The notes under the pieces were generated by a model. That model was given only the letters and a program-made list of their open reading frames with translations. It ran no database searches and had not been told where the DNA came from. Positions 12,237 through 26,399 of a stretch of 64,000 nucleotides of DNA are shown piece by piece (the first letter of the stretch is position 1; the number at the start of each line of letters is the position of its first letter). A program made the position numbers and the translations under genes. This DNA comes from Octopus sinensis (Eukaryota), in the NCBI RefSeq assembly GCF_006345805.1, contig NC_043007.1:69378001-69442000 (forward strand), written 5' to 3'.

Positions 12237-12395
12237 CATACATACACATATATACGACTGGCTTCTTTATGTTTCCGTCTACCAAATCCACTCACAAGGA
12301 TTTGGTCGCCACTTGCCCAGGTACCATGCAGTGGGACTGAACCGGAACCATGTGGCTGGTAAGCAAGCTACTTACCTCACAGCCGCTCCTACGTC

Positions 12396-12444
<49 letters not shown>

Positions 12445-12448
<4 letters not shown>

Positions 12449-12670
12449 GTCAGATGTATGTGCCATACATTACCTTACTCCCTCCGTCAAACTGACATTG
12501 CCTGAACAAGTGCACGGTGTGCCACGCGTCGGGTGCTGAAGTGATCGCAGAGTAACGTGAAATGAAGTGTTTTGCTGAGGAATACACCACACAATCCGGT
12601 CTAGGAATTGAAACCACGATCTCGCCATTGTGATTGCAACACCTTGATCCCTTGGTCATGCAACCTCTCT
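12445..12670 (-). mobile_element. Degenerate tRNA-derived SINE
   Basis: Minus strand gatcgtggtttcaattcctagaccgg...agcaaaacacttcatttcacgttactc resembles the heads at 11092 and 47503. Confidence 0.65.
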
Positions 12671-12749
12671 CTCCAAGTATACATATATAGATGTGTGTGT
12701 GTGTGTGTGTGTGTGAGTGCGATGTGTGTGTGTGTGTGTGTGTGTGTGC

Positions 12750-12811
<62 letters not shown>

Positions 12812-12829
12812 GTGTGTGTGTGCGTGCGA

Positions 12830-12879
<50 letters not shown>

Positions 12880-13097
12880 GTGGTGTGTGTGTCGTAATCA
12901 AACTTATAATCATCGAGTGTGTCGGTATTCTACAGAAAATAAAAGAATTCTCAAACGCAGGAGGGCTGTGAAAACAGCTTAGAGAATCTGGTGAATACCT
13001 TTTAGAAGACAGAAAAAAGTGATTAGTAAGTGCCTCCAAAGAGAACCGACCCTGCTGGTACTCTTTATTTTCTGTAGAATATATTTTTTTCCTTTAT

Positions 13098-13470
13098 TCT
13101 TTTACTTGTTTCAGTCATTTGACTGCAGCCATGCTGGAGCACGGCCTTTATCGAACAAATTGATCCCAGGACTTATTCTTTGTAAGCCTAGTACTTATTC
13201 TCTTTGGCCGAACTGCTAAATTACGGGGATGTAAACACACCTGTACAGGTTGTCAAGCGATGGTGGGGGACGAGCACAGACATACAAACATACAAACATA
13301 CACACACACACACACATATATATATATGCGGCCTTCTTTCAGTTTCTGTTTGCCAAATCCACTCACTAGGCTTTGGTCGACCCGAGGCTATAGTAGAAGA
13401 CACTTGCCCAAGGTGCCACGCAGTGGGTCTGAACCCGGAACCAATAGGCTGGTAATCAAGCCACTTACCA
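13098..13470 (-). mobile_element. SINE family B, near full length
   Basis: Reverse complement of the 51161-51577 pattern (cttgtttcagtcatttgactgc...gacacttgcccaaggtgccacgcagtggg). Confidence 0.9.
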
Positions 13471-13558
13471 CACACACACACGCACACACTCACACACACT
13501 CACACGCACACATATACATACATACATACATACATACATACATACATACATACATACA

Positions 13559-13592
<34 letters not shown>

Positions 13593-13600
13593 CATACATA

Positions 13601-14112
13601 TCTATATATATAAAACTGTAGTTGTGTGAGTGTCTGTCCCCTTCGATTTAGACTCCTAACAACTCCCACATTTTGCGGTGCAGTTTAACAAAATTCGGGT
13701 ATCTTATAGTCGTGATTCATATCGAGCCCGTCTGAGTATTAGCGTGCGTCTACGATGAGTCTACGATTTTAAAAATAATTTAACATCATTTTTTATTCCA
13801 TTTTAATGCATAATTTTTCGTGTGTCGATGGCGGCGGAGTTGGCGTCCATGGTCACACCTGCACCTGTTTGCTTCTCCCCTTCTTCCCTCCCTCGTGAAG
13901 CTGTGGGGAAGGGAGTGTAAGGAAATCAACGTCGTAAAGCGTTGTCAAGGAGACCAGCGTTCTTTTAGAACAACGACTTCATAGCTTGAAGACACCAAAA
14001 CAGAAATGGCTAAGAAAGCCCGAATTGGTATCTATAAGGGAAGTAACTCTCTAAAAATGCTTATATAGTTATTTCCCTTACAAACCCGAGCAACGCCGGG
14101 CGATACTGCTAG
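13601..14112 (+). mobile_element. Non-autonomous Helitron, 512 bp
   Basis: 5' TC at 13601 after A; 3' hairpin cccgagcaacgccggg followed by cgatactgCTAG then T; inserted between A and T with no TSD. Confidence 0.85.
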
Positions 14113-14329
14113 TATGTATATATGTATGTAACGATTATATTCACAAAATATGAGAGGGGAAATTATTAGTTGATATGGCCTTTATTGTCTTCTTACAATG
14201 CAAGATACAACTTCTTAGAGATGTTATTGTACAAATATAAATTCTATTGTTTATTTCGTAGGTAGTTATGCTTATCTTTTGTCGACTGCTAGGAGAGCGG
14301 ATGGAAGGGAAAGAATAAAAGAGGTTACC

Positions 14330-14630
14330 GTTTGTGTTGACAAGCAGAGAGGATGAAAGTTGTGTAGTGCTGCGGTAACTAGCCGTCGTGATGGTCTTGG
14401 GCATTATGATCAAAATATGAAAGTTTTGTAGACTTGTTTCTGGAGATTAAGTACCTTTGGTCTTTCGGCTTTTCTAATACTGCATCATTTACTACCGTGT
14501 CTTTCCATTTTGTCCTGTTCAGTCTGCGAAAGATCCGCGTGCCAAAGGTTTCCATTTTTTCTCCATTGCTGAGTACAGTATTCAAGTTTCACACAACAAA
14601 TTGTTGTGATATCAGCAGTTTGATATAAAC
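14330..14630 (-). pseudogene. RTE-clade LINE RT C-terminal remnant
   Basis: KMETFGTRIFRRLNRTKWKDTVVNDAVLEK...KLSYFDHN matches the RTE pattern (LEAFE..CYRRILRI.W.D.V.NE.VL...KL.YFGH). Confidence 0.7.
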
Positions 14631-14710
14631 TCACAAATCAACGAAGCATAGGCAGGTGGGGGGGGGGGAGGACTGAACGAATACGTGGTGGTGACAGGAT
14701 AATGGTGACG

Positions 14711-14930
14711 TTAATGATGATGATGGTGGTGGTGATGATGATATGATGATGATGATGATGACAACAACGCAAACAACAAGAACGACAATGGCACCGACGA
14801 TGACGACAATGTCGACGATGGTGACGACGGCAATGATGATGACGACAACGACGACGATGATGATGACAACGATGATGTTGATGATGATAAAGATAATGAT
14901 AATGAACGGGTAGGGGGAGAATGATGATGA

Positions 14931-14964
<34 letters not shown>

Positions 14965-15085
14965 GGTGGTGGTGGTGGTGGTGGTGGTGGTGGTGGTGGT
15001 GGTGGTAGTGGTGGTGGTGGTAGTGATGATGATAATGGTGAGAAGGAGGAGGAGGAGAGGAAGACGATGAGGAAGAGGAAGAGGA
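14711..15085. repeat. (GAT)n/(GAC)n/(GGT)n trinucleotide block
   Basis: Directly visible. Confidence 0.95.
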
Positions 15086-15700
15086 GCTTGTGTTTATGTG
15101 TGAGGAAGGGACAACATACACCTCCTTCCTCCCTGGTTACCTATTTACCTAGCAACCAGCTTTACCCAATCCCAAACACATACCTACCAGCAGCTAACGA
15201 AAACATTTAGCTTCCATCAACCTTAATACAAACTTATGCACCGTTTACGTCCTTAGCATGTATCTGGCATCCAACAGAACGTATAGTAACTACTACCCTA
15301 CCATCCACCCCGAATATACATACGAAGCCACCCTTCACTCAAAATATGTAGCTAACATGTTGTATGTATCTCGTATATTTATCCACTACCCGTAAAATTG
15401 TGTGCGTGAGTGTGCGTGCACATATGTGTGTATGTATATGTGTATGTGCGCATATTCCTGTTTGTTTGTAGCTAATGCCCTGTATTAATGCATAGATAAC
15501 ATTTTATGTTGACGATGTCTCCCTAATACATTCTATGTAACTTACTACGAACGAACGATCACTGAATTAATATGATACATGTGTGTATGTGTGTGCATAT
15601 ATATATATATATATATATTTGAGTGATACATACTATCCTCTGTAATACGCACACATTCACACACACACACAGTGTGCAACTACTACATATATATGCATGA

Positions 15701-15771
<71 letters not shown>

Positions 15772-17580
15772 CTTGGGAAATGCATACGATACATACATCT
15801 GTACACACAGTGGTTAGATAAACTAATAGAAACGCCATTTTTTTAGTTAACAATATTTTCTATTTGCAATATTGCTGATTAAAAACTGTATTAGTCCATA
15901 TATACATATTGGTTTCAAATTTTGGCACAAGGATTGACTGAAAGGACAAAACACTAAAATGGGAAATTAAATTAATGATCTTAAAGTAAAGCAAACCTAT
16001 ATAACCGGTACAAGATAATGCCATTTGTGCGTAGCCGAAAAGTTTCCTAGTGAGGGAAAAAACACCATAAAAATCACTTTCCGAATTATTTTAATATAAG
16101 TTCCAAGTACTTCACTAAGTATCTCCACTTTGACAAATTCCCATTTACATTCCGGAAATTTATTATTGAATATCTACTTCTCTCTCCAATTCACAAATCA
16201 CTATTTTGCTATGATTTCTACATCCAATATATTTCTGGGGGAATATCTACAAACCTATAACATCCTCATGTTTCAATCTGATTCCCTAAATTCCTCATAG
16301 TCCTTCTTCATATACCTATTGCAAGAGGGTGCATAACCTAATAGTTAGGTTGTTGCAATCACGATTTCGCAACCGGAGTTAGGAAGCGCATCGATATTGC
16401 AATGCACCTTAGGAATACAAGTACTTCCTTTGAAGTTACTTGAACCTTATAGTCTCAATGGTACCACGCAGAAGATTGGGTCTCAGTTTCTCTTCTTTTA
16501 CGCTCCTGCGCTGTCCTTTTCCCCCCTTAACGCTGCTTCAGGATTATGTTTACAATTCATTTATCAGTGGAATACTCAACTACTTGCTCCCAAACAATAA
16601 GGAGATAGTTCAGTTGATTGAACAACGTGATATTTATCATCAAAAGCAAAGGAGATTCAAATTTTAACACCAATACATGTATAATATTTATTGTTTGAGT
16701 TGAAAGTATTTCACTTATTAATTTTATACTGTATGTATTTTATGTAAATTTTATGTATATATCATGTATAAATTGAAACGAAAATGAGGTAAGGGTATAA
16801 AATTGAGAGTAGCGTGTATTTGACCAACAAATAGGAATAAGGGTATATTAACCCTTTGCATGTCCAAAGAATCTTCATGAGTTTGTCTCAAACACCCCCG
16901 CTTGTTTTCAGATTTTTAGTTGGCCCTTGTTTCATACGTTCGTAGTAATAATTAAGCTTTCCTTTCATAAGACCTAAAGTCATTCTGGAGGTTGAAAGAA
17001 ATCAGAAATGTGTATAATAAATAATGCGTAGACGCCAAGGAAATATGTTCTGTGTATCACAGGTAATACACGGGACAAGCAAAAGGATAAAGAATATAAA
17101 GGATAAATTCTACATTTGTTGAAGTTATCTCCATTTCCAGAGCAGAGAGAACAACGCGTGACGATAAATGGAACCAATGTTAAACGAGAAAGTGGGACAA
17201 TTTCAAGAATCAATAATTCTTCGTGATTGACACATCTTCAAGGAAAAGACAGTCTAATTGTCTTAGATAGAATGGATAGTTGTGGACACACGTGTTTGTG
17301 GGTTGTGAAGTGCAGTGTATATACGTTAAAGTAGAACGTGTAGTACTGAGTGTGTATACCGCGTGTCGTATATCGGAACTGAATAGTTATTGCATTTAAA
17401 GTGTTGAGCATAATGCAGAATATATTTATGTATGTATATTGCAAGTTGTAGTGTTGAGTGTGTATAGTGTAGAATTTATACTATATGCATGCTTTTGTGT
17501 ATAAGGTATTGTAGGTTAAGGTAGTGAGTTTATAGAGAAATATACACCATATATAATAGACAGCCAGACAGACAGACAGG

Positions 17581-17656
<76 letters not shown>

Positions 17657-17661
17657 CAGAG

Positions 17662-17768
<107 letters not shown>

Positions 17769-18319
17769 GAGAGAAGAGAGAGAGAGGAGAGAGATACATA
17801 TATACACACCCAGAAAAAACCTTGACAGTGACTCCGGAGGTTTGATTGTGGTAAGTATTGTCAAACACTTTGATGAAACTGGCTTCCGGCGAAACTCTGA
17901 AGTTACTGATAAACTTTTGTGTGTATACACACACACATGCGCACGAATGTACACACATAATATATATATATATACACATACATGTACGAGATGCACACGC
18001 ATGTATATGTATGTTTGAGGGTGCGCGCGCGTACGTGTACATTACCTTGTACGCAAAAGTACGAATACAGTATATATTATACGTTATACACACCCGATAC
18101 TATTACATAAAATATACATACATTCTACGGTATGCCCGCACTCTAGTGGCCTCGTTGTCTGAGTTTCAGCTTTCTGCACTCCGAGTTCAATTCCCACCGC
18201 GGTCAACCCACGCTCATAGAATCCGGTGGCTTCATAAATGGTGGTCTTGGACATGCAAACTCCATTTAGTGGGCACAAATTTTTATTCCTGCTGGTTTCA
18301 TTTTGTTGTTTTTGTGTGT

Positions 18320-18890
18320 TGAATGCGATTATATTTTTAAAATTATGTCTAATGCAGAGCTTTCTGTAATTATTATTGATTGGAAAATGCTTATCTATAA
18401 GTGATAAGAAATATTTACCTATATTAAAGGTCACTTCGAGGGAATAAGGGTGTGTGAACCAGATAGATTTCCTATTCCTAAGTTTCCTTTTCTTTATTAT
18501 TGGACTGGTAACAGGTGTATAGGTTATTTTCTCGCTAAATTCACTATCTTTTAGTGCATTATTATATGCTGGGGCAACACTATTAAAGATGTCCCCATCG
18601 GAGAAAAGTCTAGAAATTCTTTTGCTAATGTTTTAACTAAATTTTAAACACTATGGGGGGATGCCAGGAACCTACATTATCATAATTAAGTCTATCGTTG
18701 GGCTTCTTATAAGGCTTGTAAATATTCTTATTTAAATCTAAGGGAATATCCAGGAAATTGACAACCATCAGGTTGGTATCTGTAGTTACGCTACGACCGA
18801 AAGTTTTCATCATTTGGATAATGTCCTTCCTAAACCGATCTTGTGCTGATCCATTGGTATTTGTGGGAGGAATGTTAAAGCCAGGTTCAA
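18320..18890 (-). pseudogene. Penelope-like element RT thumb / C-terminal region
   Basis: DTNLMVVNFLDIPLDLNKNIYKPYKKPNDRLNYDNVGSWHPPIVFK and NIGKYFLSLIDKHFP are typical of PLE ORFs. Confidence 0.85.
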
Positions 18891-18894
18891 CAAT

Positions 18895-19170
18895 CACATC
18901 TTGCGCTTTTAGACACTGGGAAAAAAGAAAAACAACCAAATTATCCAGTTATAAATGGTCCTTAAAAGAAAAAGAGGGTCAGTTACAACATCCATTGGAA
19001 GATCTTAGCCAAGTGTAAGCCTTACACCAATGGCAGTGGAAAGTGTGGTTTTTGCGATATGAAAAGATGGCTCATTTGGAAAAGCAGCTTAGACCCTGCT
19101 ACATGTCTGAATTCAAGAACTGAACTTTTTAGTTCATGTCCATATATGGCTAAATATTTGTTCCAAGATC
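18895..19170 (+). pseudogene. Penelope-like GIY-YIG C-terminal region, opposite strand to 18320-18890
   Basis: With one frameshift reads AFRHWEKRKTTKLSSYKWSLKEK/SYNIHWKILAKCKPYTNGSGKCGFCDMKRWLIWK...LNSRTELFSSCP, the cysteine-containing end of PLE endonucleases. Confidence 0.8.
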
Positions 19171-19589
19171 ACAAATAGAACCTGCTTTTTATATTGTGTC
19201 CACGTAAAAGCAATTTATCTCTCTATATTTATATATATATTTTTTTACATATTTGTATATATATTTTTATATATTTTTCTTGCTCTATATACTTTTACAT
19301 ATTTTTTCTGTATATTACCTTTCACCCTGCATTTTTGTGCATGTGCGTATAAACACGTGTATATAAATATAATTGTGCGCATATGGGTATATAAACGTGT
19401 GCGTGTGCGTGTGTGCGGATATGTATATGTGTACATGTGTATGGTTGCATATATATATATATTTTGCGATAGATAAAGGATTATTAGGTGAGTGGATTGA
19501 CGCAAATCCTTAATCCTTAAAAATGTTTCAGCCCGAAGGCTGTGGCGATGCTGGGGTACCACTGCTGAATGAGCTACACTAATATGTGA

Positions 19590-20222
19590 ATCCATCTCTG
19601 ATACGTGGCACTTGGTCAACAAGGGAGTTCGATGCCTATGCCCGCATCTGTGTCTCCTGCCGTGAGGTAGGTTCATCTGGGACCCCTCGACAAGAAGAGA
19701 TCCAATTTAGTTTTAAAGAAACCCACATCCACACCATGCAAGTATCTCAGGCATTTAGGGAGGATGTTGAAGAGCTGTGGTCCTCTGAAACCCAAGCTGT
19801 TGCAGTATCTGGTCCTGTATTTTGATGGTGATGTTGGAATCTTTGCACTATGTAGTGGCGCCCCGTTCTGCAGTTGAGGTAACTTTGAATGCCAAAGTTT
19901 GGGACAAGACCCTCCAGGATTTTTCAGGTGTATATCACCGCATATCTCTCCCGCCTTCGCTCTAGGGAGAAGAGTTTTAATACTTTCAGTCTTTCCCAGT
20001 AGCTGATATATTGCATTGAGACGAACTTCTTAGTGGAGCTTCTTTGAATTGCTTGGAGTTCTGCTGTTAGCTTTATATTGTGTGGTGACCATAGTTGGGA
20101 GCAGTAGTCCAAGCGGCTGTGGACGAAAGTTTTCCACAGGACCATCAGTGTCTCCTTCTCTCTTGTTCTGAAAGTTCGGAGAATCCATCCAGCTAGCCGT
20201 CTGCATTTTATGCACTTGGAAA
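19590..20222 (-). pseudogene. CR1-clade LINE 3' fragment
   Basis: RRLAGWILRTFRTREKETLMVLWKTFVHSRLDYCSQLWSPH...YWERLKVLKLFSLERRRER is the CR1-type RT C-terminus. Confidence 0.85.
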
Positions 20223-20924
20223 AATGCATATATATATATAATATATATATATATATTATATACATGTTATATTTTTGTGTTTTCCACCTGCCTTCGTCTT
20301 TTGTTTATTTTCATAAAGCTTCCCGTTATATATATATATATGTATATAGGTGTGCATGTGGATGTGCATGTATGTGTTTCACGCGAGTATGAGTGAGCAT
20401 ATGCATATATGTACATGTACGTTAGTGTGCGTGCGCACATGTGTATGGATGTACATCCGCACATACGCGCCCGGACATCTGAAACTCGGCGTTTTATTAT
20501 GGCAACCGAATAACTGTCACATAGTATATTACAGATAAATTCCTCTATTTACATAATATCGAGGTCTCATTCACTCTTCTGTTGTCATACTATTAATATA
20601 TATAAATATATATGTATGTATGTATGTATGCATGTATGCATGCATGCATGCATGCATGTATGCATGCATGCATGCATGTATGTATGTATGTATGTATGTA
20701 TGTATGTACGTATGTATGTATGTATGTATGCATGCATGTATGTATGTATGTATGTATGTTTGTATGCATGCATGCGTGCATGTATGTATGTATGTATGTA
20801 TCTATGTATGATTGCCAGTCATTGTGTATTTTGTTCCTGCGTTTTGAAAATATGTATGCCATAGGATCGGTGTATGTGCCCGCGCATGTGCGTGCGTGCG
20901 TGCGTGCGTGCGTGCGTGTGTGTG

Positions 20925-21116
20925 TCTCATTGCTCCAGTCCACTCAGCTAGCAACAAGGAGCAGGGCCAGCGATAGCTGAAGTTCCCTGAGAACTACGTT
21001 AAGGGTACACGTGTCTGTGGAGTGCTCGGCCACATTCACGTTTGATTTCACGAACAGGCTGTTTCTTTGATTGGATCAACTGGAAACACTCGTCGTCGTA
21101 ATTGACGGAGTGCCAA
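20925..21116 (+). mobile_element. 5'-truncated SINE sharing a tail with family C
   Basis: ttgctccagtccactcagct matches 47613-47632; ctcgtcgtcgtaattgacggagtgc matches 11321-11345. Confidence 0.65.
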
Positions 21117-21324
21117 TTTTTGCCAAATGCACTTCTGCCTTTGTTTTTTGTTTTTTGTTTTTTGTTTTTGTGCGTTTGTTTGTCGTTATATGTGCATATG
21201 TATAAGACTTCTTATGATTGTGTATGCGTGTGTGTGTGTGTGTATGCGTGCGTGCGGGTGAACCATATGTTAATCCGACTGGAAGATTGCAAGAATAAGA
21301 AAAGTATGTGATTGTATGTATGCA

Positions 21325-21515
21325 CGAGTTAATACACATACACACACACACGCACGCACACACATACACACATACACACACACACACATACATACATACA
21401 TACATACATACATACATACATACATACATACATACATACACACACACACATACACACATACATACATACATACATACATACACACATACACACATACATA
21501 CATACATACATACAT

Positions 21516-21546
<31 letters not shown>

Positions 21547-21784
21547 TACACACACACATACATACATACATACATACATACATACACACATACACACACA
21601 CATACATACATACATACATACATACATACACACATACACACACACACACATACACACATACATACATACATACATACATACATACATACATACATACATA
21701 CACACATACATACATACACACACACACATACACACATACATACATACATACATACATACATACATACATACATACATACATACA

Positions 21785-21820
<36 letters not shown>

Positions 21821-21830
21821 TATGTATGTA
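21325..21830. repeat. (CA)n/(TACA)n compound microsatellite
   Basis: Directly visible; explains five overlapping spurious ORFs. Confidence 0.95.
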
Positions 21831-22028
21831 TGTGTGTATGTATATGCATATGTCGACCAGTGTGTGTGCTTAAACACGTACTTGCATATGTATGTTTAAG
21901 TATGTATTTATTTACGTAATACTTTGGTGTATGTATATATATATATATATACTTGTGGTTTTGTATATGGATATGTGGATGTGTCTATGGACCTGCGCCT
22001 GTTTTAAGTATAGTAAGTGTGTATATAT

Positions 22029-22060
<32 letters not shown>

Positions 22061-22805
22061 CATATATATATACATACTTGTGTTCATGCATGTTTATGCG
22101 TATGTCTGCACGTGTACATAAGTGTGAATGTGTGTGTTGTGTGTGTGTGTGTGTGTGCACATATACGTAGTAGCTTGTTTAATGCTTTTGGGTTGGAATA
22201 AGGTGAAACGAGAAGAGAGAAAGATAGAGATATGTTGAGAGAGAGAGGGTTATATCTGAGAGTGAGAGATTGAAAGAGAGTGAGAGAAAGAGAGAGACGA
22301 TAGGGAGAGATGGTAATATGCACAGAGAGAAAACGAAGATTTTAGCGAGTAGAGATTGAGAGAGAGCTGGAGGGAGACGTTGAGAAAGAGCAAAAAAAGA
22401 GAGAGTGAGAAGGTGAGAAGAGAGAAAGAAGAAAGGAAAAGACGCGGTATTGAGAAAGATATAAGGGTAGAGGGGGGCATATGCTAATAAAGAGAGAGAG
22501 TTTGAGCGAGATAGGGATTGAGTGAAAAGGTGGAGAGATGTTAAGGAAGAGGACGTAAACATTGATAAACACACACACACGCACACACACATACACTCAC
22601 ACAGAGGGAGAAGGAAAGAGGTGAAGGAAGAGAGGTAGAGAGACAGGGTAAAAGAGAGGAACAGAGAGAGAGAGAGTGGGGTAAGTGTTGATTAACGATG
22701 GAACTGGATGTAGAGAAATTAAAAAAAAAAAAAGAAAAACAGAAGCAACAGAAACTTTATTCCTTCCTATTCGCCTCTCTCTCTCTCTCTCTTTCTATTA
22801 ATCTT

Positions 22806-22856
<51 letters not shown>

Positions 22857-23092
22857 GTTCGCTGTCTTTCTTTCTCTCTCTCGCTTACACTTTCTGTAAA
22901 CATAACTCTTTTGTATACACAAACAGTCGGAAACAGATATACGAAGCTTACTATACATTCTATATGCACGTAAGCATTTGCGCATAAATGTATGAATAAA
23001 TACATACGTATATAGATATAATATATATATATATACATTATATATATACACATATATATATACCATATATTTATGTACATATATATATATAG

Positions 23093-23139
<47 letters not shown>

Positions 23140-23388
23140 TACCCATGTGTTCGTACGTATGTATGTGTGAACGTATATATATATGCATGTATGTTGAAAT
23201 ATATTGTTATAAGAATAAAAGAATACCATACATACATACATACATACATATATATTATATATATAGATATATATACAAACATACATACAAGCACACATAT
23301 ACGCATACATATATATTTAAGTGTATGTGTGTGTATCTGTTTATATATGCACCTATACACATGCATACACACATGCACACACACACAC

Positions 23389-23428
<40 letters not shown>

Positions 23429-23809
23429 GTATATATATAGTATATATACCACACAGATGCATACATACATGTACGCACATACATGCACACATACAAACAT
23501 CACATACATACATACACACACACATACATACAGCATACATACACACACATACATACATACATACATACATACATACATACATACATACATACATACATAC
23601 ATACATACATACATTGCTATGTATATATTTACTTTATATATTTACTGCTTCTTATAATAGTGTCAAAAAACAAAACAAAAACAATTCTCGCCTCGTTTTC
23701 AATCTGTATTAGTGACTTGTTGTTGCTGTTGTTTTTGTTGTTCTTCCTGTTGTTGAGGTTGTGGTTGTTGCTTTCACTTATCTTTCTCCCATTTATTCAC
23801 TTTCATTAT

Positions 23810-24615
23810 CGCCATCACCACCATCACCACCACCACCACCACCACCACCACCACGATCGCAGTCATCCCCATCACCGGCGCCAGCACCACCATCACCACC
23901 ACACCATCACCACCACCACCACCACCACCACCACCACCACCATTACCAACCACACCACCACCACCACCACCACTACACCCAAACATTACAGTCACCAGAC
24001 TCACCACCACTGATGCCGCCACTGACACTACATACCAGTACCACAACCACCACCACCACCACCACCACCACCACAACCACCACCACCACCACCACCACCA
24101 CCCACCACAACACACCACCTCCACCACCACCACCACCACCACCACCACCACCACCAACAACACCACACCACACACCACCACCACTACCACCCAAACATTA
24201 CAGTCACCAGAATCACCACCACTGATGCCGCCACTGACACTACCACTACCAGTACCACTAACACTAACACCACCGCCACTACCAATAACACCAACACTAT
24301 CACCATCGCCACCACCACCACCCCTAGCACCGCCGTCGCCACAGCCACCACAATTACCACCACCACCATCACTACCGCCGCCGCCACCACTAGCACCACC
24401 ATATCACCTCAACTACTACTACTACAACTACCACTACTACTACTACCACCACCACCACCACCACCACCACTACTACTACTACTACTACCACCACCACCAC
24501 CACCACCACCACCACCAATACTACTACTACTAACTACTACCACCACCACCACCACCACCACTACTACTACCACTACTACTACCACTACTACTAATACTAC
24601 TACTGCTACTACTAC
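23810..24615. repeat. (ACC)n/(ACT)n low-complexity block with an internal ~65-bp duplication
   Basis: cccaaacattacagtcaccaga(c/a)tcaccaccactgatgccgccactgacacta at ~23978 and ~24190. Confidence 0.9.
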
Positions 24616-24771
24616 TACTAGTTAGTAGTTGTAGTAATTGCCTTATTTTTTATATTAGTTTTACATTTGCATTATATTTCTTTAAAATATTTCTTTTTTA
24701 TGTGTTGTTTTTGCGGGTAATTGTGTATATGTGTGTGCGTACGTGTGCGCACATGTGTATGTGTGCGCGTA

Positions 24772-24802
<31 letters not shown>

Positions 24803-25190
24803 TTATGTATGCGCATGCGAGGGAGTGCATTTGTGTGTATGTGTTTTTTGTGTATGACTTCCTATGTGTATGTGCGTGTTTTTTTTAATTTTTTTTATTG
24901 CGGGTATATTTGTATATTCATGCGTATATATGTGTGTATATATATATGTGTGTGTGTGTACGCACGCTTGTGTATCTGTTTGTATGTGTGCGTATGCGTA
25001 TACATATGTGTGTGTATGTGTGTGTGTGTGAGGAGTGAGTGCGTGTGTTTGTGTATGTATGTGTGTGATTTTTTTTTACGGATATATTTCTATGTGCGTG
25101 TGTATGTGTGCATAGCAGGTGTATGTGTGCATCATATGTGTATGCGTGCGTTTACGGGAGTACATCTATATATGTATGTATGTATCTATA

Positions 25191-25236
<46 letters not shown>

Positions 25237-25298
25237 ATATATATACACTCACACATACATATGTGTATGTGTTTATATATATGTGTATATACATATAC

Positions 25299-25341
<43 letters not shown>

Positions 25342-25363
25342 ATATATATAGATATTATATAGG

Positions 25364-25414
<51 letters not shown>

Positions 25415-25626
25415 CGTATATGTGTGTGTGTATGTACGTGTATATGTCTGTATGTGCGTGTACGTATTTACGAACGTGGAGGGTGATGTCCGTATGTGTT
25501 TGTGCTCTATGTATGTGTATGCGTCTATTGCGTGCATGCGCTCTCGCCCGTGTGTACATGTGATTGTGTGTGTGTGTATGTGTACGTGCAACTACACACG
25601 AATACATACATACATACATACATACA

Positions 25627-25658
<32 letters not shown>

Positions 25659-25825
25659 CACACACGTTTACATACATCTATGTATGAGCGTATCCCCCAT
25701 GCGTGTGTGCTTTTCTTTTTATTTATTTTTTGCTTTTTTTATTGTTTTTTTTTTACTGTTGCCGTTTTAGTTATTTTTGCTTTGAATACATATATGTGTG
25801 TATATGTATGTGTGTGTGTATATAT

Positions 25826-25858
<33 letters not shown>

Positions 25859-26037
25859 ATATACACACACACACACTTACATATACAAATACATATACAT
25901 GTACACATATATATATATATACACACACACACATACATATACAAATACATATACATGTACACACCTATATATATATATATTATATATATATATTCATCTC
26001 CTATTTATCTATTTCTTTCTTTATGCCTTCTCCTCAG

Positions 26038-26281
26038 TTTTGGCACAATGCGAAGACGGTGGACGCTTATAGCTGCTGGCCACCCTGTTCGCATGGCATC
26101 CTTTTGCTGGCGGAATCCTTACACAGACTACTTACCACTGTTGACTCTTCTCATCTACCCTGCTTACGGCATCGTATTCGGGGTGCACGCAGTACTGGGC
26201 GCATCTCTGTTTACTTCGCTCCTCATTCTCGCCGGGCAGATTCTACCCAGGAGTTTTCTTCACCTGAAGTCTCTCGGTCAG
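26038..26281 (+). CDS. Candidate internal exon of an unidentified host gene (244 bp)
   Basis: GC-rich unique island with pyrimidine-rich acceptor tttctttctttatgccttctcctcag| and donor cag|gtaggt. Two frames are open; one is hydrophobic (...YLPLLTLLIYPAYGIVFGVHAVLGASLFTSLLILAGQILPRSF). No family recognised. Confidence 0.35.
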
Positions 26282-26399
26282 GTAGGTAGGCAAAAACGCT
26301 AATCCATTATTCCATTATCCCATTATTCCATTATTCCATTATTCCATTATTCTATTATTGCATTTATTCTGTTATTGCAATATTGCTTTGATTCGCTGA

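Noticed and set aside
16543-16667. Possible terminal coding exon (acceptor ...gctgcttcag| then DYVYNSFISGILNYLLP...RRFKF*)
   Set aside because: No recognisable homology, and the surrounding 15920-16670 looks like decayed TE sequence. The evidence is too weak.
17815-17855. DSGGLIV peptide followed by gtaagt, reminiscent of the serine-protease GDSGG motif
   Set aside because: The match is too short, there is no convincing acceptor, and it is embedded between microsatellites.
20585-25964. Numerous long YVCM/HTHT/YIYI ORFs
   Set aside because: These are translations of (TG)n, (TACA)n and (TA)n microsatellites.
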